32,000 nt of DNA from Pyrodictium occultum (GTDB taxonomy: Archaea; Thermoproteota; Thermoprotei_A; Sulfolobales; Pyrodictiaceae). The stretch covers positions 630,001 through 662,000 of the forward strand of contig NZ_LNTB01000001.1 in assembly GCF_001462395.1 (NCBI RefSeq), in the 5' to 3' direction. Under the pieces are notes generated by a model that worked only from the letters and a program-made list of their open reading frames with translations, searched no databases and was not told where the DNA came from. Made by a program: the position numbers and the translations under genes. Positions within the stretch are counted from its first letter, which is position 1. Every line of letters begins with the position of its first letter. Shown here piece after piece: positions 6,114 to 14,284 of the stretch.

Positions 6114-7457
6114 TCAGGAGCCCGGGCCAACGCCCGGGAGGAGCCCTACCACCATCAGGCCCGTCTGCAGGAGGCAGGCCAAGGTGACCCGCCTCAGGGT
6201 CTCACGCTCCTTGTCCACAAGATAGGCGTAGAGCACCTTGTTCATAACACTAGCCATGGTCGCTACCACTGCGAGCCTGGCGAGCTGGAAGGGTGCTAGG
6301 CCCCCGAGAGAGAAGAGAGCTAATATAGTAGCGCTGCTGGACACGAAGCCGCCCACCACCATCACTAGAAGGAGGCTCGCCACACCGCTATGCCTCACTA
6401 TGTAGGCCAGGAAGGTTATGAAGAGGTAGAAGAGCGTGCTCTTAGCCGCCGCGCTGAAGCGCAGCGGGTTCTCTATCCTAACCGCCTGCATAGAGGCTCC
6501 AGGCCTTAGGGAGCTACGCCAGGAGAAGAAGACTGGCGCGATGGAAGCCGCAGTGGCTAAGAGGAGCGGTGTAAAGTCTGATGATGCTGAGTGCCCGGTT
6601 CCGGTGAGATAAGCTGCAGCCACAGCTATGACAGCGTTACGGATAATCATGGCGGAGTTGGCTAGTACCGTTATATGGAAGGCTAGGCTTCTCCTAAGCT
6701 CCCGAGGCACCAGGCCGAGCAACGCCATCAGGGTAGCCTCGCTGTTGGCCATGCCCCCAAATAGGGCGGCATAGGCTAGCCCCTCGTTGCCTTTGAGACG
6801 CGCCATTATGTAGCCTAGATACGAGGTTGCAAGTACCAGGGCGAAGAAGAGGTATAGGCTACGTAGGCTGATGCCATAGAACTCGTAGTTGAAGCTAAAG
6901 AGTATGGGGCCTACCACAACAAGGACTACTCCGAGCTCGAGAGCCCATAGTAGCTCCTCATACCTTATCCTGCCCACCATTTTCTCCGCAGGCAGCTTTA
7001 TCGCCAGCACGAAGGTGGTTAACACCGCCACACTCGCGGCTAGCAGGACCTCTCCAAGGCCTGCTAGAAGCCCTACAACGAAGTCGACCATTATGACTAC
7101 AATAGTTGTTATGCCTGCCATCCTCGATACTAGAAGCCGGTAAGCGGAGAATACCGCCACAACAACCGCGAAGATTAGGAGCAGCATCACCATCTGGAAG
7201 TCGCTTATTAGGCCGCTGCTCCACATTACCCCGACTACCGCGGCGTAGACCGCTATGAGACTGAAGGTACGTATACCGGGAAACTCCTTGGCCACAATCT
7301 CCTCTATACCCATGCTGCGTCGTTTTTTCCGCGCGATAGCTGCACGGGCCTTCTCCCGCTCAATACCGATCAGCATCCCGGAGAGGAAGGCCACTATGAT
7401 GCGGCCAAGCATGCTAGCCTCAACGCTGCCGGCCGCGCTCAGACTCATCAATGCCAC
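6114..7457 (-). CDS. MgtC/SapB-family membrane protein with a long polytopic C-terminal extension (DUF4010-like architecture)
   Basis: 447 aa with many TM segments. N-terminal LSGMLIGIEREK...FPGIRTF matches the MgtC G-x-ERE...G-x-RT signature. Confidence 0.75.
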   Translation of the reverse strand: MALMSLSAAGSVEASMLGRIIVAFLSGMLIGIEREKARAAIARKKRRSMGIEEIVAKEFPGIRTFSLIAVYAAVVGVMWSSGLISDFQMVMLLLIFAVVVAVFSAYRLLVSRMAGITTIVVIMVDFVVGLLAGLGEVLLAASVAVLTTFVLAIKLPAEKMVGRIRYEELLWALELGVVLVVVGPILFSFNYEFYGISLRSLYLFFALVLATSYLGYIMARLKGNEGLAYAALFGGMANSEATLMALLGLVPRELRRSLAFHITVLANSAMIIRNAVIAVAAAYLTGTGHSASSDFTPLLLATAASIAPVFFSWRSSLRPGASMQAVRIENPLRFSAAAKSTLFYLFITFLAYIVRHSGVASLLLVMVVGGFVSSSATILALFSLGGLAPFQLARLAVVATMASVMNKVLYAYLVDKERETLRRVTLACLLQTGLMVVGLLPGVGPGS

Positions 7458-7561
7458 CTGGGAGTGTGCCCCCTAGAGAGGCCGTGCCCCAGCGGGAGAG
7501 GCTCCAGCATCCCAGAGGATGTGAACAGCCTAGAATGACGGTTTGAGAATGTTAGGGGCAG

Positions 7562-7831
7562 CTAGGCTATCTTCCTGCGCACCCTTATCTCTATTACTGG
7601 GATCAGCCTTCTGCCGCGCTCGACACTGTCTATGCTCACCCCCACTAGCTCTACACTATCTTGCAGCCTATGTACTAGAGCGTTGTAGACATCCACGGCC
7701 TTGCTGACGTTAGAGCCTTGACCCCTTATGATTACCTCGTCATAACCCTCGTTGAAGAGCACTATCGTTGCAAGAACATAGTCGATGACGGGCTTCTTAC
7801 CTATAATGATGATGTTTTCCTCGGCCGCCAT
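7562..7831 (-). CDS. albA: DNA/RNA-binding protein Alba
   Basis: MAAEENIIIIGKKPVIDYVLATIVLFNEGYDEVIIRGQGSNVSKAVDVYNALVHRL...IEIRVRRK is 89 aa, the typical Alba length. An internal ATG at 7831 is preceded by GGTGAGG. The 55-codon upstream extension in the track ORF (to 7996) is not Alba-like. Confidence 0.9.
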   Translation of the reverse strand: MAAEENIIIIGKKPVIDYVLATIVLFNEGYDEVIIRGQGSNVSKAVDVYNALVHRLQDSVELVGVSIDSVERGRRLIPVIEIRVRRKIA

Positions 7832-7953
7832 GAGGTCCTCACCTCTCCCGCTACCACCTACCACGGGGCTGACCCGTGCTGTAAACTCTTTAAACCACTC
7901 GCTCGGCGTCCGAACCCCGCCAGGCATCCCCTTAAAGCAGGCTGAGGATGGCA

Positions 7954-8472
7954 CTAGGCTTGGCCCGTTACCCGGCCGAGGACCTCGTTGAAGCATGTCC
8001 CGGCCTTCTCCACAACAACAGCGATAGGCTCCCTCCGGGGGTCAAAGCTACAGAGCGTTGGAGGCGCCGCCGCAGGGTCTACGTTTGCAGCACTCCTACA
8101 GTACTTCAGCAGAATCCCCCTCTTCCTCACCTCGCCAAGCACTGCGCCTCCGCCGCTGCATCTCATGTAGAACAACAGCCTGGAGCCGAGATCCCTAAAG
8201 GCGTCAGCCACCTTACGCAGCTCAGAGCGGTCAAGCCTGCCTTTGAGGGAGGCTTTAACCTCGAAGCTAGCAGCGTCGGCGTAATTGATTACCAGGAGCT
8301 GCAGGTAAGCTGTCTCTCTCGCAGGGGCCCGTAGTACCACTCTTCTAGACTCTTCATCGTGGTCAACTAGCTCTACCTCACTGTTACTAGCCACGTTAGC
8401 CAATAGGCTAGGCATCGACGCGCCCAGCTTGACGTGGATAACCAGGGTTATGAACATGTAGTAGCGTGGCAT
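7954..8472 (-). CDS. Hypothetical protein. Start uncertain: ATG at 8472, or 8415 giving MPSLLANV...
   Basis: 172-aa ORF with coding-like codon usage. No family recognised. Confidence 0.45.
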   Translation of the reverse strand: MPRYYMFITLVIHVKLGASMPSLLANVASNSEVELVDHDEESRRVVLRAPARETAYLQLLVINYADAASFEVKASLKGRLDRSELRKVADAFRDLGSRLLFYMRCSGGGAVLGEVRKRGILLKYCRSAANVDPAAAPPTLCSFDPRREPIAVVVEKAGTCFNEVLGRVTGQA

Positions 8473-8510
8473 CCCTTATGCCCTCTTCCAGCTCCAAGAC
8501 GGCTCCCAGG

Positions 8511-8580
8511 CCTCTCAGCCGGGGATAACATCTTCATCCCTGGGGCCTTGGGGTAGGCTGAACGCTCGTCATCATCGAGA
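8511..8580 (-). ncRNA. Box C/D sRNA candidate (single guide) targeting the conserved 23S rRNA sequence CCGGGGAUAACA
   Basis: On the minus strand: C box AUGAUGA (8575-8569), C'-like AUGAAGA (8537-8531), 12-nt guide UGUUAUCCCCGG (8530-8519), D box CUGA (8518-8515). Flanking UCUC/GAGG plus the GAU bulge can form a terminal K-turn. The guide is perfectly complementary to CCGGGGAUAACA. Confidence 0.6.
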
Positions 8581-8618
8581 GGCTCTAGTGGGAAAGAACC
8601 CGGGGAAGTGTGCACATG

Positions 8619-8684
8619 GCTGCTCTGCAACACGGACCCTCATCACCATGTGCCTCAGCAACTCGTGGCGCTCTTCATCGCAGC
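8619..8684 (-). ncRNA. Box C/D sRNA candidate (double guide)
   Basis: The minus strand reads 5'-GCUGC G AUGAAGA (13 nt) CUGA GGCACAUG GUGAUGA (12 nt) CAGA GCAGC-3'. The terminal 5-bp stem GCUGC/GCAGC, 3-nt bulge GAU and GA opposite GA give a K-turn. D'(CUGA), an 8-nt loop and C'(GUGAUGA) give a K-loop. Total length and spacing are canonical. Confidence 0.55.
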
Positions 8685-8731
8685 AAGGCCAGAGGCTGCC
8701 CCGGGGGACTCGTGGCCCCTCGGGCGCGGTT

Positions 8732-11599
8732 CTAGAATATAGGGTTATTCATCTGCATCTTTTGTATCAGCGTAGCCGCGTTGAGCACCAGGTAGGGTAC
8801 TATGCTCCTGGGTACATGCTGGTACTTGGGTGGCTGTCCCTCGTAGTAGCCTGTGAGAGGCACCACTTTGAGCTCATACACCTCGTTGAAGGGTATCTGC
8901 TTCACGACTTGCTCCGGCTTCTCTATAACATCGTTCAGTCTCACTATGGCGTGTATCAGACTTCCCGTGTCATTCTTTATCAGCAGCATGTAGAGGCTAT
9001 CCTTCATCGGCGGGTTGAAGGAGGAGGAGAACTCTTCCGAGCGCGCCACTGTCTCTGCGTCCTCTACGAGCGCCCATCTCTGCTCGCCCGTATCGACGTC
9101 TATGAAGCTGAACACCCTGTACTCCGATGTAGGCTTGCGCATGTCACGGAGCTTGACCTCTATGAGGCTCTCCGGCAGGCTCAGCGCCTCTGCAAGCTCC
9201 TCCGCCGTGAATGCCATGCCGCGGAGGGTCTCGGCTATAAGTTCCTCAACGCTGCCTATCCAGGGGCGCTCCGGCGTCTCCCTAGCGACGAGCCTAGCGT
9301 ATATGCTGCTCCTGCTCTGGTTCACCTTCACCTTCACGCGGCCCTTGCGAAGCCCCTCGAGCAGTGCCCAGGCAGACTCTGGGTCAAAGTACTCCTGCAG
9401 CGTCTGCCTCACAGCTTCCTCGTAGACCAGCTTGTCGCTCTTACGCAGCCTCCTCGTGACACCAAAGACCAGCTGTATGTTGTGGGCAACCTCTACGAAG
9501 AAGGGTGATCTGCTAGCAGCCTCCCAGACCCTCTGCATGAACTCCTCCCGGTCCATTCCGGAAAGGAACTCCAGCGGGTCAAAGTCGAGAGCATTTACCG
9601 GGAGCCCAAACCCGTAGTGAGATACCTTAGCATACACCTCTGAGCTATTGCGGTAAGCCTCCATCATAACTAGGTAGGCCAGCGTACGAAGCACCTTCTC
9701 CGGGGCAAGGGTCACGTAGACTATCTCCTCGGGCAGCCTCTCAACTATTATAGTGTCCCGGCTTGGCGCCGGGTAATAATACTTCTTGATCTCGCTCATG
9801 AGTCTCTCGAGAGCCCTTCTAGCGTCGTCGGACAGCATAAGCCCCTTGGGTAGCCGGAGAGAGCCACCATGCACCTCCTGGATAACCTTCTCGATCTCGG
9901 AGAGGACAAGCCTTGAGGCTTGAGGGCCCTGGCCCTTCCAGAAGGGTACTGCAGTAGTTTCTCCCTGCGTCTCTGTCACAATAACCTTGCTTGAGTGCTC
10001 GTCTATGTTTATCACCTGCCAGTTTCTCCCCGCGAGTCTAATCACGTGGCCTATGCGCAGCATCCTTATAACATAGTCAGAGTCCAGCTCGCCTACAGTC
10101 TTGCCATCCGTGGTCTTAACAATATAGGTTGTCTTCTCCCCCATAGTTGTGAAGAACTCGGAAAAGTTGTGCACCCACCAGCTAAACCTGCTATCCCCTG
10201 CATCGAACCTCCATATACGGTAGAATTGGGAGCCAGCGCTTATCCTACAATCCTCCCCGATCTTTATCATCTTGTTCTCTATAAGATACTTAACCAGCTC
10301 GTCAAACTCCTCGCGGCTCAAGCCGCGGAAGTAGTAGACGTTGCTGAGTACCTCGTAGGCCTCGTCCACGGTGTACATGCCGGAGAGGGCCATTCCCAGC
10401 ACAGCTCTCGCAGCCATGTCGAGAGGCTTGGCTGGGATCTCTGGAACCTCTACCTTGCCCTCAAGAGTTAGGCGGGCCTCAGCTATTGCCTCCAGCAGTT
10501 CGAGTTCATCGCTGGCTATTATTATACCCTTCATCTTCCCGCCGATAGTATGGCCGCTCCTGCCCAGCCTCTGTATGAGGGAGGAGACGCGGCCGGCGGG
10601 GCGGAAGAGGATTACACGCTTAACTGATCCTATGTCTATGCCTAGCTCTAGAGTCTTGGTAGCTATTATCATCTTGAGCTTTCCTTCCTTGGCCATTCTC
10701 TCTATGCGGCGCCTCTCCTCGCCAAACACGGATGCATGGTGCACTACAACGCCTTCAATGCCCATCTTTTCTATCTCACTGTGGAGACGCTCCGCTACAT
10801 GCTTAGAGTTGACGAATACAAGCGTGAGCGGCTCCATGCGGCTCAGTAGCTTCTCCGCAGCGCGGCGCCAGAACGTAGTACTGGGGGCATCGACGTAGTC
10901 TACCAGTATTTCTAGCTCCTTCCTACGGTCAATGCTCACGATGGAGAGAGGCCTCCTAGAGCTCCCTATGAAGGCCCTCCCAGTGATGCTGGGCTCGCCT
11001 ATCGTAGCCGATATCATTATGAGCTGGAAGTCGCCGGCGAGCCTGCGGAACCTCTCAAGCAGGATAGCGAGCTGTACTCCCCTCTTCGTTGAGACGATCT
11101 CGTGAACCTCATCTATTATAACCCAGCGGAGGTTCCTGTAGTAGCTCCGGAACTTTGACGCCCAGTCGAGGTCTATCTCGAGGCTCTCGGGTGTAGTCAC
11201 TAGAATATGTGGAACCTTGCGGAGCCTCCTAGCCCTCTCCGAGTGCGGCACATCACCATGTTTCCTGGCCACTACGAAGCCTAGCTGGGATGCCCACCAG
11301 TTAATCCTCTCATAGATATCGTTTATGAGGGCGCGCAGAGGAGTTATGTAGAGAGCCGCTACCGGCTCGGCTCTCTCCTCCAGCATCTTGGAGAGCACTG
11401 GCAGCAGTGCTGCCTCCGTCTTCCCGTAGCCTGTGGGAGCCACTATTACTACGTTATGCCCCTCTAGTATGGGCTTAATTGCCTTCTCTTGGATCTCTGT
11501 CAGCCTCTCCCAACCCTTCTTACGGATGAGTTCACGAACCTTCTCCTGGAGCATCTCCAGGGAGCCTGGAGCCCCTACTCCCACCGGCTTGGCTGGCAT
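8732..11599 (-). CDS. lhr: Lhr-type large superfamily-2 helicase (DEAD/DEAH box, DEVH variant)
   Basis: 955 aa. Motifs present: Q motif/motif I (LTEIQEKAI..VAPTGYGKT), motif II (IIDEVH), SAT, and motif VI (QRLGRSGH). The long C-terminal region is typical of Lhr-core proteins. Confidence 0.85.
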   Translation of the reverse strand: MPAKPVGVGAPGSLEMLQEKVRELIRKKGWERLTEIQEKAIKPILEGHNVVIVAPTGYGKTEAALLPVLSKMLEERAEPVAALYITPLRALINDIYERINWWASQLGFVVARKHGDVPHSERARRLRKVPHILVTTPESLEIDLDWASKFRSYYRNLRWVIIDEVHEIVSTKRGVQLAILLERFRRLAGDFQLIMISATIGEPSITGRAFIGSSRRPLSIVSIDRRKELEILVDYVDAPSTTFWRRAAEKLLSRMEPLTLVFVNSKHVAERLHSEIEKMGIEGVVVHHASVFGEERRRIERMAKEGKLKMIIATKTLELGIDIGSVKRVILFRPAGRVSSLIQRLGRSGHTIGGKMKGIIIASDELELLEAIAEARLTLEGKVEVPEIPAKPLDMAARAVLGMALSGMYTVDEAYEVLSNVYYFRGLSREEFDELVKYLIENKMIKIGEDCRISAGSQFYRIWRFDAGDSRFSWWVHNFSEFFTTMGEKTTYIVKTTDGKTVGELDSDYVIRMLRIGHVIRLAGRNWQVINIDEHSSKVIVTETQGETTAVPFWKGQGPQASRLVLSEIEKVIQEVHGGSLRLPKGLMLSDDARRALERLMSEIKKYYYPAPSRDTIIVERLPEEIVYVTLAPEKVLRTLAYLVMMEAYRNSSEVYAKVSHYGFGLPVNALDFDPLEFLSGMDREEFMQRVWEAASRSPFFVEVAHNIQLVFGVTRRLRKSDKLVYEEAVRQTLQEYFDPESAWALLEGLRKGRVKVKVNQSRSSIYARLVARETPERPWIGSVEELIAETLRGMAFTAEELAEALSLPESLIEVKLRDMRKPTSEYRVFSFIDVDTGEQRWALVEDAETVARSEEFSSSFNPPMKDSLYMLLIKNDTGSLIHAIVRLNDVIEKPEQVVKQIPFNEVYELKVVPLTGYYEGQPPKYQHVPRSIVPYLVLNAATLIQKMQMNNPIF

Positions 11600-11749
11600 G
11601 ACTCTCTACCTCTTCCACCCCACGCTGCTTCTGGCATCCCGGGAGGGTTCACGGGACACTACCTGTAGCGGCATCCCCAGCGGGGGCATCTACCGAGGAC
11701 CTTACCCCTGGGGCTAAACCCTAGCAGGGGGCCGGACAGCGCAATAGGG

Positions 11750-11759
11750 TTTAATATAA
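11750..11759 (+). promoter_or_regulatory. TATA-box-like element (tttaatataa) upstream of the ATG at 11792
   Basis: AT-rich 10-mer centred about 37 nt upstream of the ATG, consistent with a short-leader archaeal promoter. It argues against the GTG start at 11762 used by the track. Confidence 0.45.
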
Positions 11760-11791
11760 TTGTGCCGGAACACCTTAATGGCTGCAACGCT

Positions 11792-12028
11792 ATGAAGGCT
11801 AGGCGCTATACATGCATAGTGTGTGGGCGCGTATTCCCCGAAGGCCAGGGAATAATGATTAGGAGAGCCGGCATACTGCTGGCGTTCCACAGCAAGTCAT
11901 GCCTAGCCAAGTTCTTTAGGCTGTTCGTCGAGAGGCTTGACGAGAAAGAGTTCAAGAGGGCGGCTGTAGACGTGGTAAAGGAGTTTGAGGAGCTTAGGAA
12001 AGCCAGACAGGCTGTAAAGAAGATCTAA
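11792..12028 (+). CDS. L24e-like/TRASH-type zinc-binding small protein with a C-terminal helical extension
   Basis: MKARRYTCIVCGRVFPEGQGIMIRRAGILLAFHSKSCLAKF follows the ribosomal L24e pattern C-x2-C-G..I.PG.G.M.VR.DG....F.S.KC. It is followed by a charged helix. It is not in the usual ribosomal gene context. Confidence 0.55.
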   Translation: MKARRYTCIVCGRVFPEGQGIMIRRAGILLAFHSKSCLAKFFRLFVERLDEKEFKRAAVDVVKEFEELRKARQAVKKI

Positions 12029-12240
12029 TGGGGCTTGCCCAACTGCTCCATTACTTTTGAGAGTATAGTGTCTAGCTTCATCTCCTTTATCATGTTGATT
12101 GCTTTTTGCTTAGCGTCGTCAAGGCTCTCAGCGCCCACATTGAGGTATATCGATGTACCCTTCACCCTAAAGCGGTAGCGTTTCTCGCCCAGCAGCTCGT
12201 ACTCTTCAACAAGCTCAAGCTCAATCGGCTTCACACTCAT
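12025..12240 (-). CDS. Small hypothetical protein (71 aa from the internal ATG)
   Basis: MSVKPIELELVEEYELLGEKRYRFRVKGTSIYLNVGAESLDDAKQKAINMIKEMKLD... has coding-like composition. The upstream 22 codons of the track ORF look non-coding. Confidence 0.45.
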   Translation of the reverse strand: MSVKPIELELVEEYELLGEKRYRFRVKGTSIYLNVGAESLDDAKQKAINMIKEMKLDTILSKVMEQLGKPH

Positions 12241-12348
12241 AGCATCTGGGCCCGGCGTCTGTAGGTTGCAAGGGAGGCCTAATAACCTGAGGCCCGCCTG
12301 GCGCATCTACACCATGCATGGCTACGAAGACCCGGGGTGACGAGGCTT

Positions 12349-12567
12349 ATGAATGATCTCGAGAAGGCTATTGTCGAGGTTCTATCCGAGAGCGAGAAAC
12401 CCATGACTTTCGACGAGCTTTACCGAGCGCTGGTGCGGCGCGGGGTCAAGGCAGGGCAGGACGAGGTGCGTGAGACATTAGCGCGGCTTATTAGAAGTAG
12501 GACAGTAGTACGGGAGGCTGACCTTGAGAGAAGGAAGATGGTATTTAGGGCTGCCGGGAAAGGCTAG
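12349..12567 (+). CDS. Small winged-helix-like protein (putative DNA-binding)
   Basis: MNDLEKAIVEVLSESEKPMTFDELYRALVRRGVKAGQDEVRETLARLIRSRTVVRE has a helix-turn-helix-wing pattern. The ATG at 12349 is preferred over the GTG at 12337. Confidence 0.5.
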   Translation: MNDLEKAIVEVLSESEKPMTFDELYRALVRRGVKAGQDEVRETLARLIRSRTVVREADLERRKMVFRAAGKG

Positions 12568-12904
12568 CCCCGAGCTGGACAGGAGGCTTGAAACCATTCT
12601 AGGCACTCTCAATAAGATATCGGAGCAGCTGCTCTACTTCGAGCAAAACCTGTTCAATGGCGCCCTCGAGGCTTCCCTTGAGAAGCTGGCCTCACAGCTT
12701 GAGGAGATATGGCGTATGGGTGTTGAGCCTGCCTATTCCTACGCGGAGAAGGCTAGACTGCTGGCACGCTATGTCAAGGCCTATAGGGTGAGGGCTGAGG
12801 AGTTCCATACTCTCCGTGGCTTAAGCAGCGTAAGGGACGACGTACTAAGCCATATATCCGACATAAAAGCGTTTATTAATGGTCTGCGGGCTTATCTTCG
12901 CTAG
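12524..12904 (+). CDS. Hypothetical helical protein. Start uncertain; possibly the C-terminal part of the preceding wHTH gene.
   Basis: 126-aa ORF whose only start is a TTG, overlapping the previous ORF by 44 nt in another frame. The coiled-coil-like sequence begins right after the upstream stop (ASPELDRRLETILGTLNKISEQLL..). Confidence 0.4.
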   Translation: MREGRWYLGLPGKASPELDRRLETILGTLNKISEQLLYFEQNLFNGALEASLEKLASQLEEIWRMGVEPAYSYAEKARLLARYVKAYRVRAEEFHTLRGLSSVRDDVLSHISDIKAFINGLRAYLR

Positions 12905-13418
12905 CCCTCTCCTCCTGGAGCATTTCTTTGAGAGCCTGTTTTAACGCCTTGTAGGTCTCCCGGACGTCCTGGGATATCACCTTAACCCCCGCGATGACCG
13001 GCATGAAGTTTGTGTCACCGTTCCAGCGGGGCACTATGTGGATATGTACGTGCTTATCTATGCCTGCCCCTGCTACGCGGCCCAGGTTCACGCCTATGTT
13101 GAATCCATGGGGCTTTAACACTCTTCTTAGCAGCTTTACCGAGAGCTGTACAAGGCTCGTCATCTCCGCCAGCTCTTCTCTCGCAAGCTCGGTTATATCG
13201 GCTACATGCCGGTATGGCACCACCATTACGTGGCCCGTGTTGTAGGGGTAGAGGTTCATTATTATGTAGCTGTGGCTGCCCCGGTAGAGTATGAGGGATT
13301 CGTCATCGCTCCTCCTGGGTGCGGTGCAGAATACGCATTCAGTAGAGCCCTTCTCGACGGTGGATTTTATGTAGATGTAGCGCCAGGGAGCATAGAGTAT
13401 CCCCATGTGACTAGTCAT
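12876..13418 (-). CDS. HIT-family nucleotide hydrolase/transferase
   Basis: Histidine triad HVHIHIVPR plus the upstream C-x-F-C and NLYPYNTGHVMVVP motifs. 180 aa. Confidence 0.85.
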   Translation of the reverse strand: MTSHMGILYAPWRYIYIKSTVEKGSTECVFCTAPRRSDDESLILYRGSHSYIIMNLYPYNTGHVMVVPYRHVADITELAREELAEMTSLVQLSVKLLRRVLKPHGFNIGVNLGRVAGAGIDKHVHIHIVPRWNGDTNFMPVIAGVKVISQDVRETYKALKQALKEMLQEERASEDKPADH

Positions 13419-13509
13419 AGCTGCTTACCCACCCAACAGTGCCTAGATAGCCGGTGATGTTTATCCTGGCTGGGGCTGTTTTGTAACCCTTTCCCGGGAA
13501 GGGCAAGTG

Positions 13510-14238
13510 CTAGAGGCTAGTGCATGCTATGGCTAGCAAGGGCTTGTCGCCGAGCACCAGGGCTAGAGCGTAGGCGGTGGTGATCAGGGGTACTCCGGGG
13601 AACGCGTAGGAGGCCCAGAGCCGGTCCCTATATTTTATGCAGCCCTTCCCTAGGGCTTTCTTCAGCTCCTCAGCCACGTCCTCGGGGTTCATGTATATAT
13701 TGAAGCGGAGGCTGTAGCGGCCACATAGGTTCAATGGGTACCACCAGCCCGGCCGCTCCATGAGCTTTCTCGCCTCTACCGGGCGGGCTAGAAGGGCGTA
13801 GGCTATGCGGTAGCGGGGCGGGAGCTTTCTCAGCTCCTCTCGGCTCTGGATGAGGTTTAATGCAAAGTTGGTCAGCGCAGCCCCAGCACCCATGGCCACG
13901 TAGTATAGGAGGGTCGGTAGGAGCGGAGGCATTATTCTCGAGCTGGCGGAGGGGAGGGGGGATGCTACCGCTACTATTAGCAGGGCCGCCACGTCACCCC
14001 ATCCGAGGAGCCCTAGGGCGGCCACAGCAGCGGTAGCGGCTAGCATGATGGCGTCTACGGCGGCGTAGAGCCATAGCGGCGCTGGAGGGGCTGGCGGGTG
14101 GAGCATGTACTCAGCTACGCGGAGCACCGCCACCAGGGCCAGGGAGGCGTGGACCATTCTCGGGGGCAGCTCTCTAGCCCTAATATCATGGAGCGATAGA
14201 ACTGCTAGGACCAGCAGTGCTGCAAGCTCCGTGTACAA
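13510..14238 (-). CDS. A24-family type IV prepilin/preflagellin peptidase (PibD/FlaK-like)
   Basis: 242-aa polytopic membrane protein. The first catalytic Asp context is LSLHDIRARELP and the second is LGLLGWGDVAALL (G-x-GD). Confidence 0.7.
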   Translation of the reverse strand: MYTELAALLVLAVLSLHDIRARELPPRMVHASLALVAVLRVAEYMLHPPAPPAPLWLYAAVDAIMLAATAAVAALGLLGWGDVAALLIVAVASPLPSASSRIMPPLLPTLLYYVAMGAGAALTNFALNLIQSREELRKLPPRYRIAYALLARPVEARKLMERPGWWYPLNLCGRYSLRFNIYMNPEDVAEELKKALGKGCIKYRDRLWASYAFPGVPLITTAYALALVLGDKPLLAIACTSL

Positions 14239-14284
14239 GGCTTGATAAGCCCCCTAAAAGTCCTCGGCAGCGGGGGCTCCAGGA

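Noticed and set aside
7806-7871. Plus-strand aatgatgatg ... ctga, which could be read as C and D boxes
   Set aside because: It lies antisense across the Alba start codon, has no C'/D' boxes and no terminal stem, and the AUGAUGA simply mirrors the codons IIII of Alba.
7832-7996. 55-codon N-terminal extension of the Alba ORF, and similarly 15759..15794 for RadA and 26007..26054 for the pilin
   Set aside because: Known family members start at the internal ATG. An SD-like GGTGA/GGAGG precedes the internal starts, and the extensions are not family-like.
8588-9508. 306-aa plus-strand ORF, the longest non-annotated ORF in the track
   Set aside because: It is entirely antisense to the 3' part of the Lhr-type helicase gene, whose minus-strand frame carries a continuous family-like sequence. 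Its product is Leu/His/Tyr/Arg-rich with no motifs, a typical shadow ORF. Its 5' end also overlaps the sRNA candidates.
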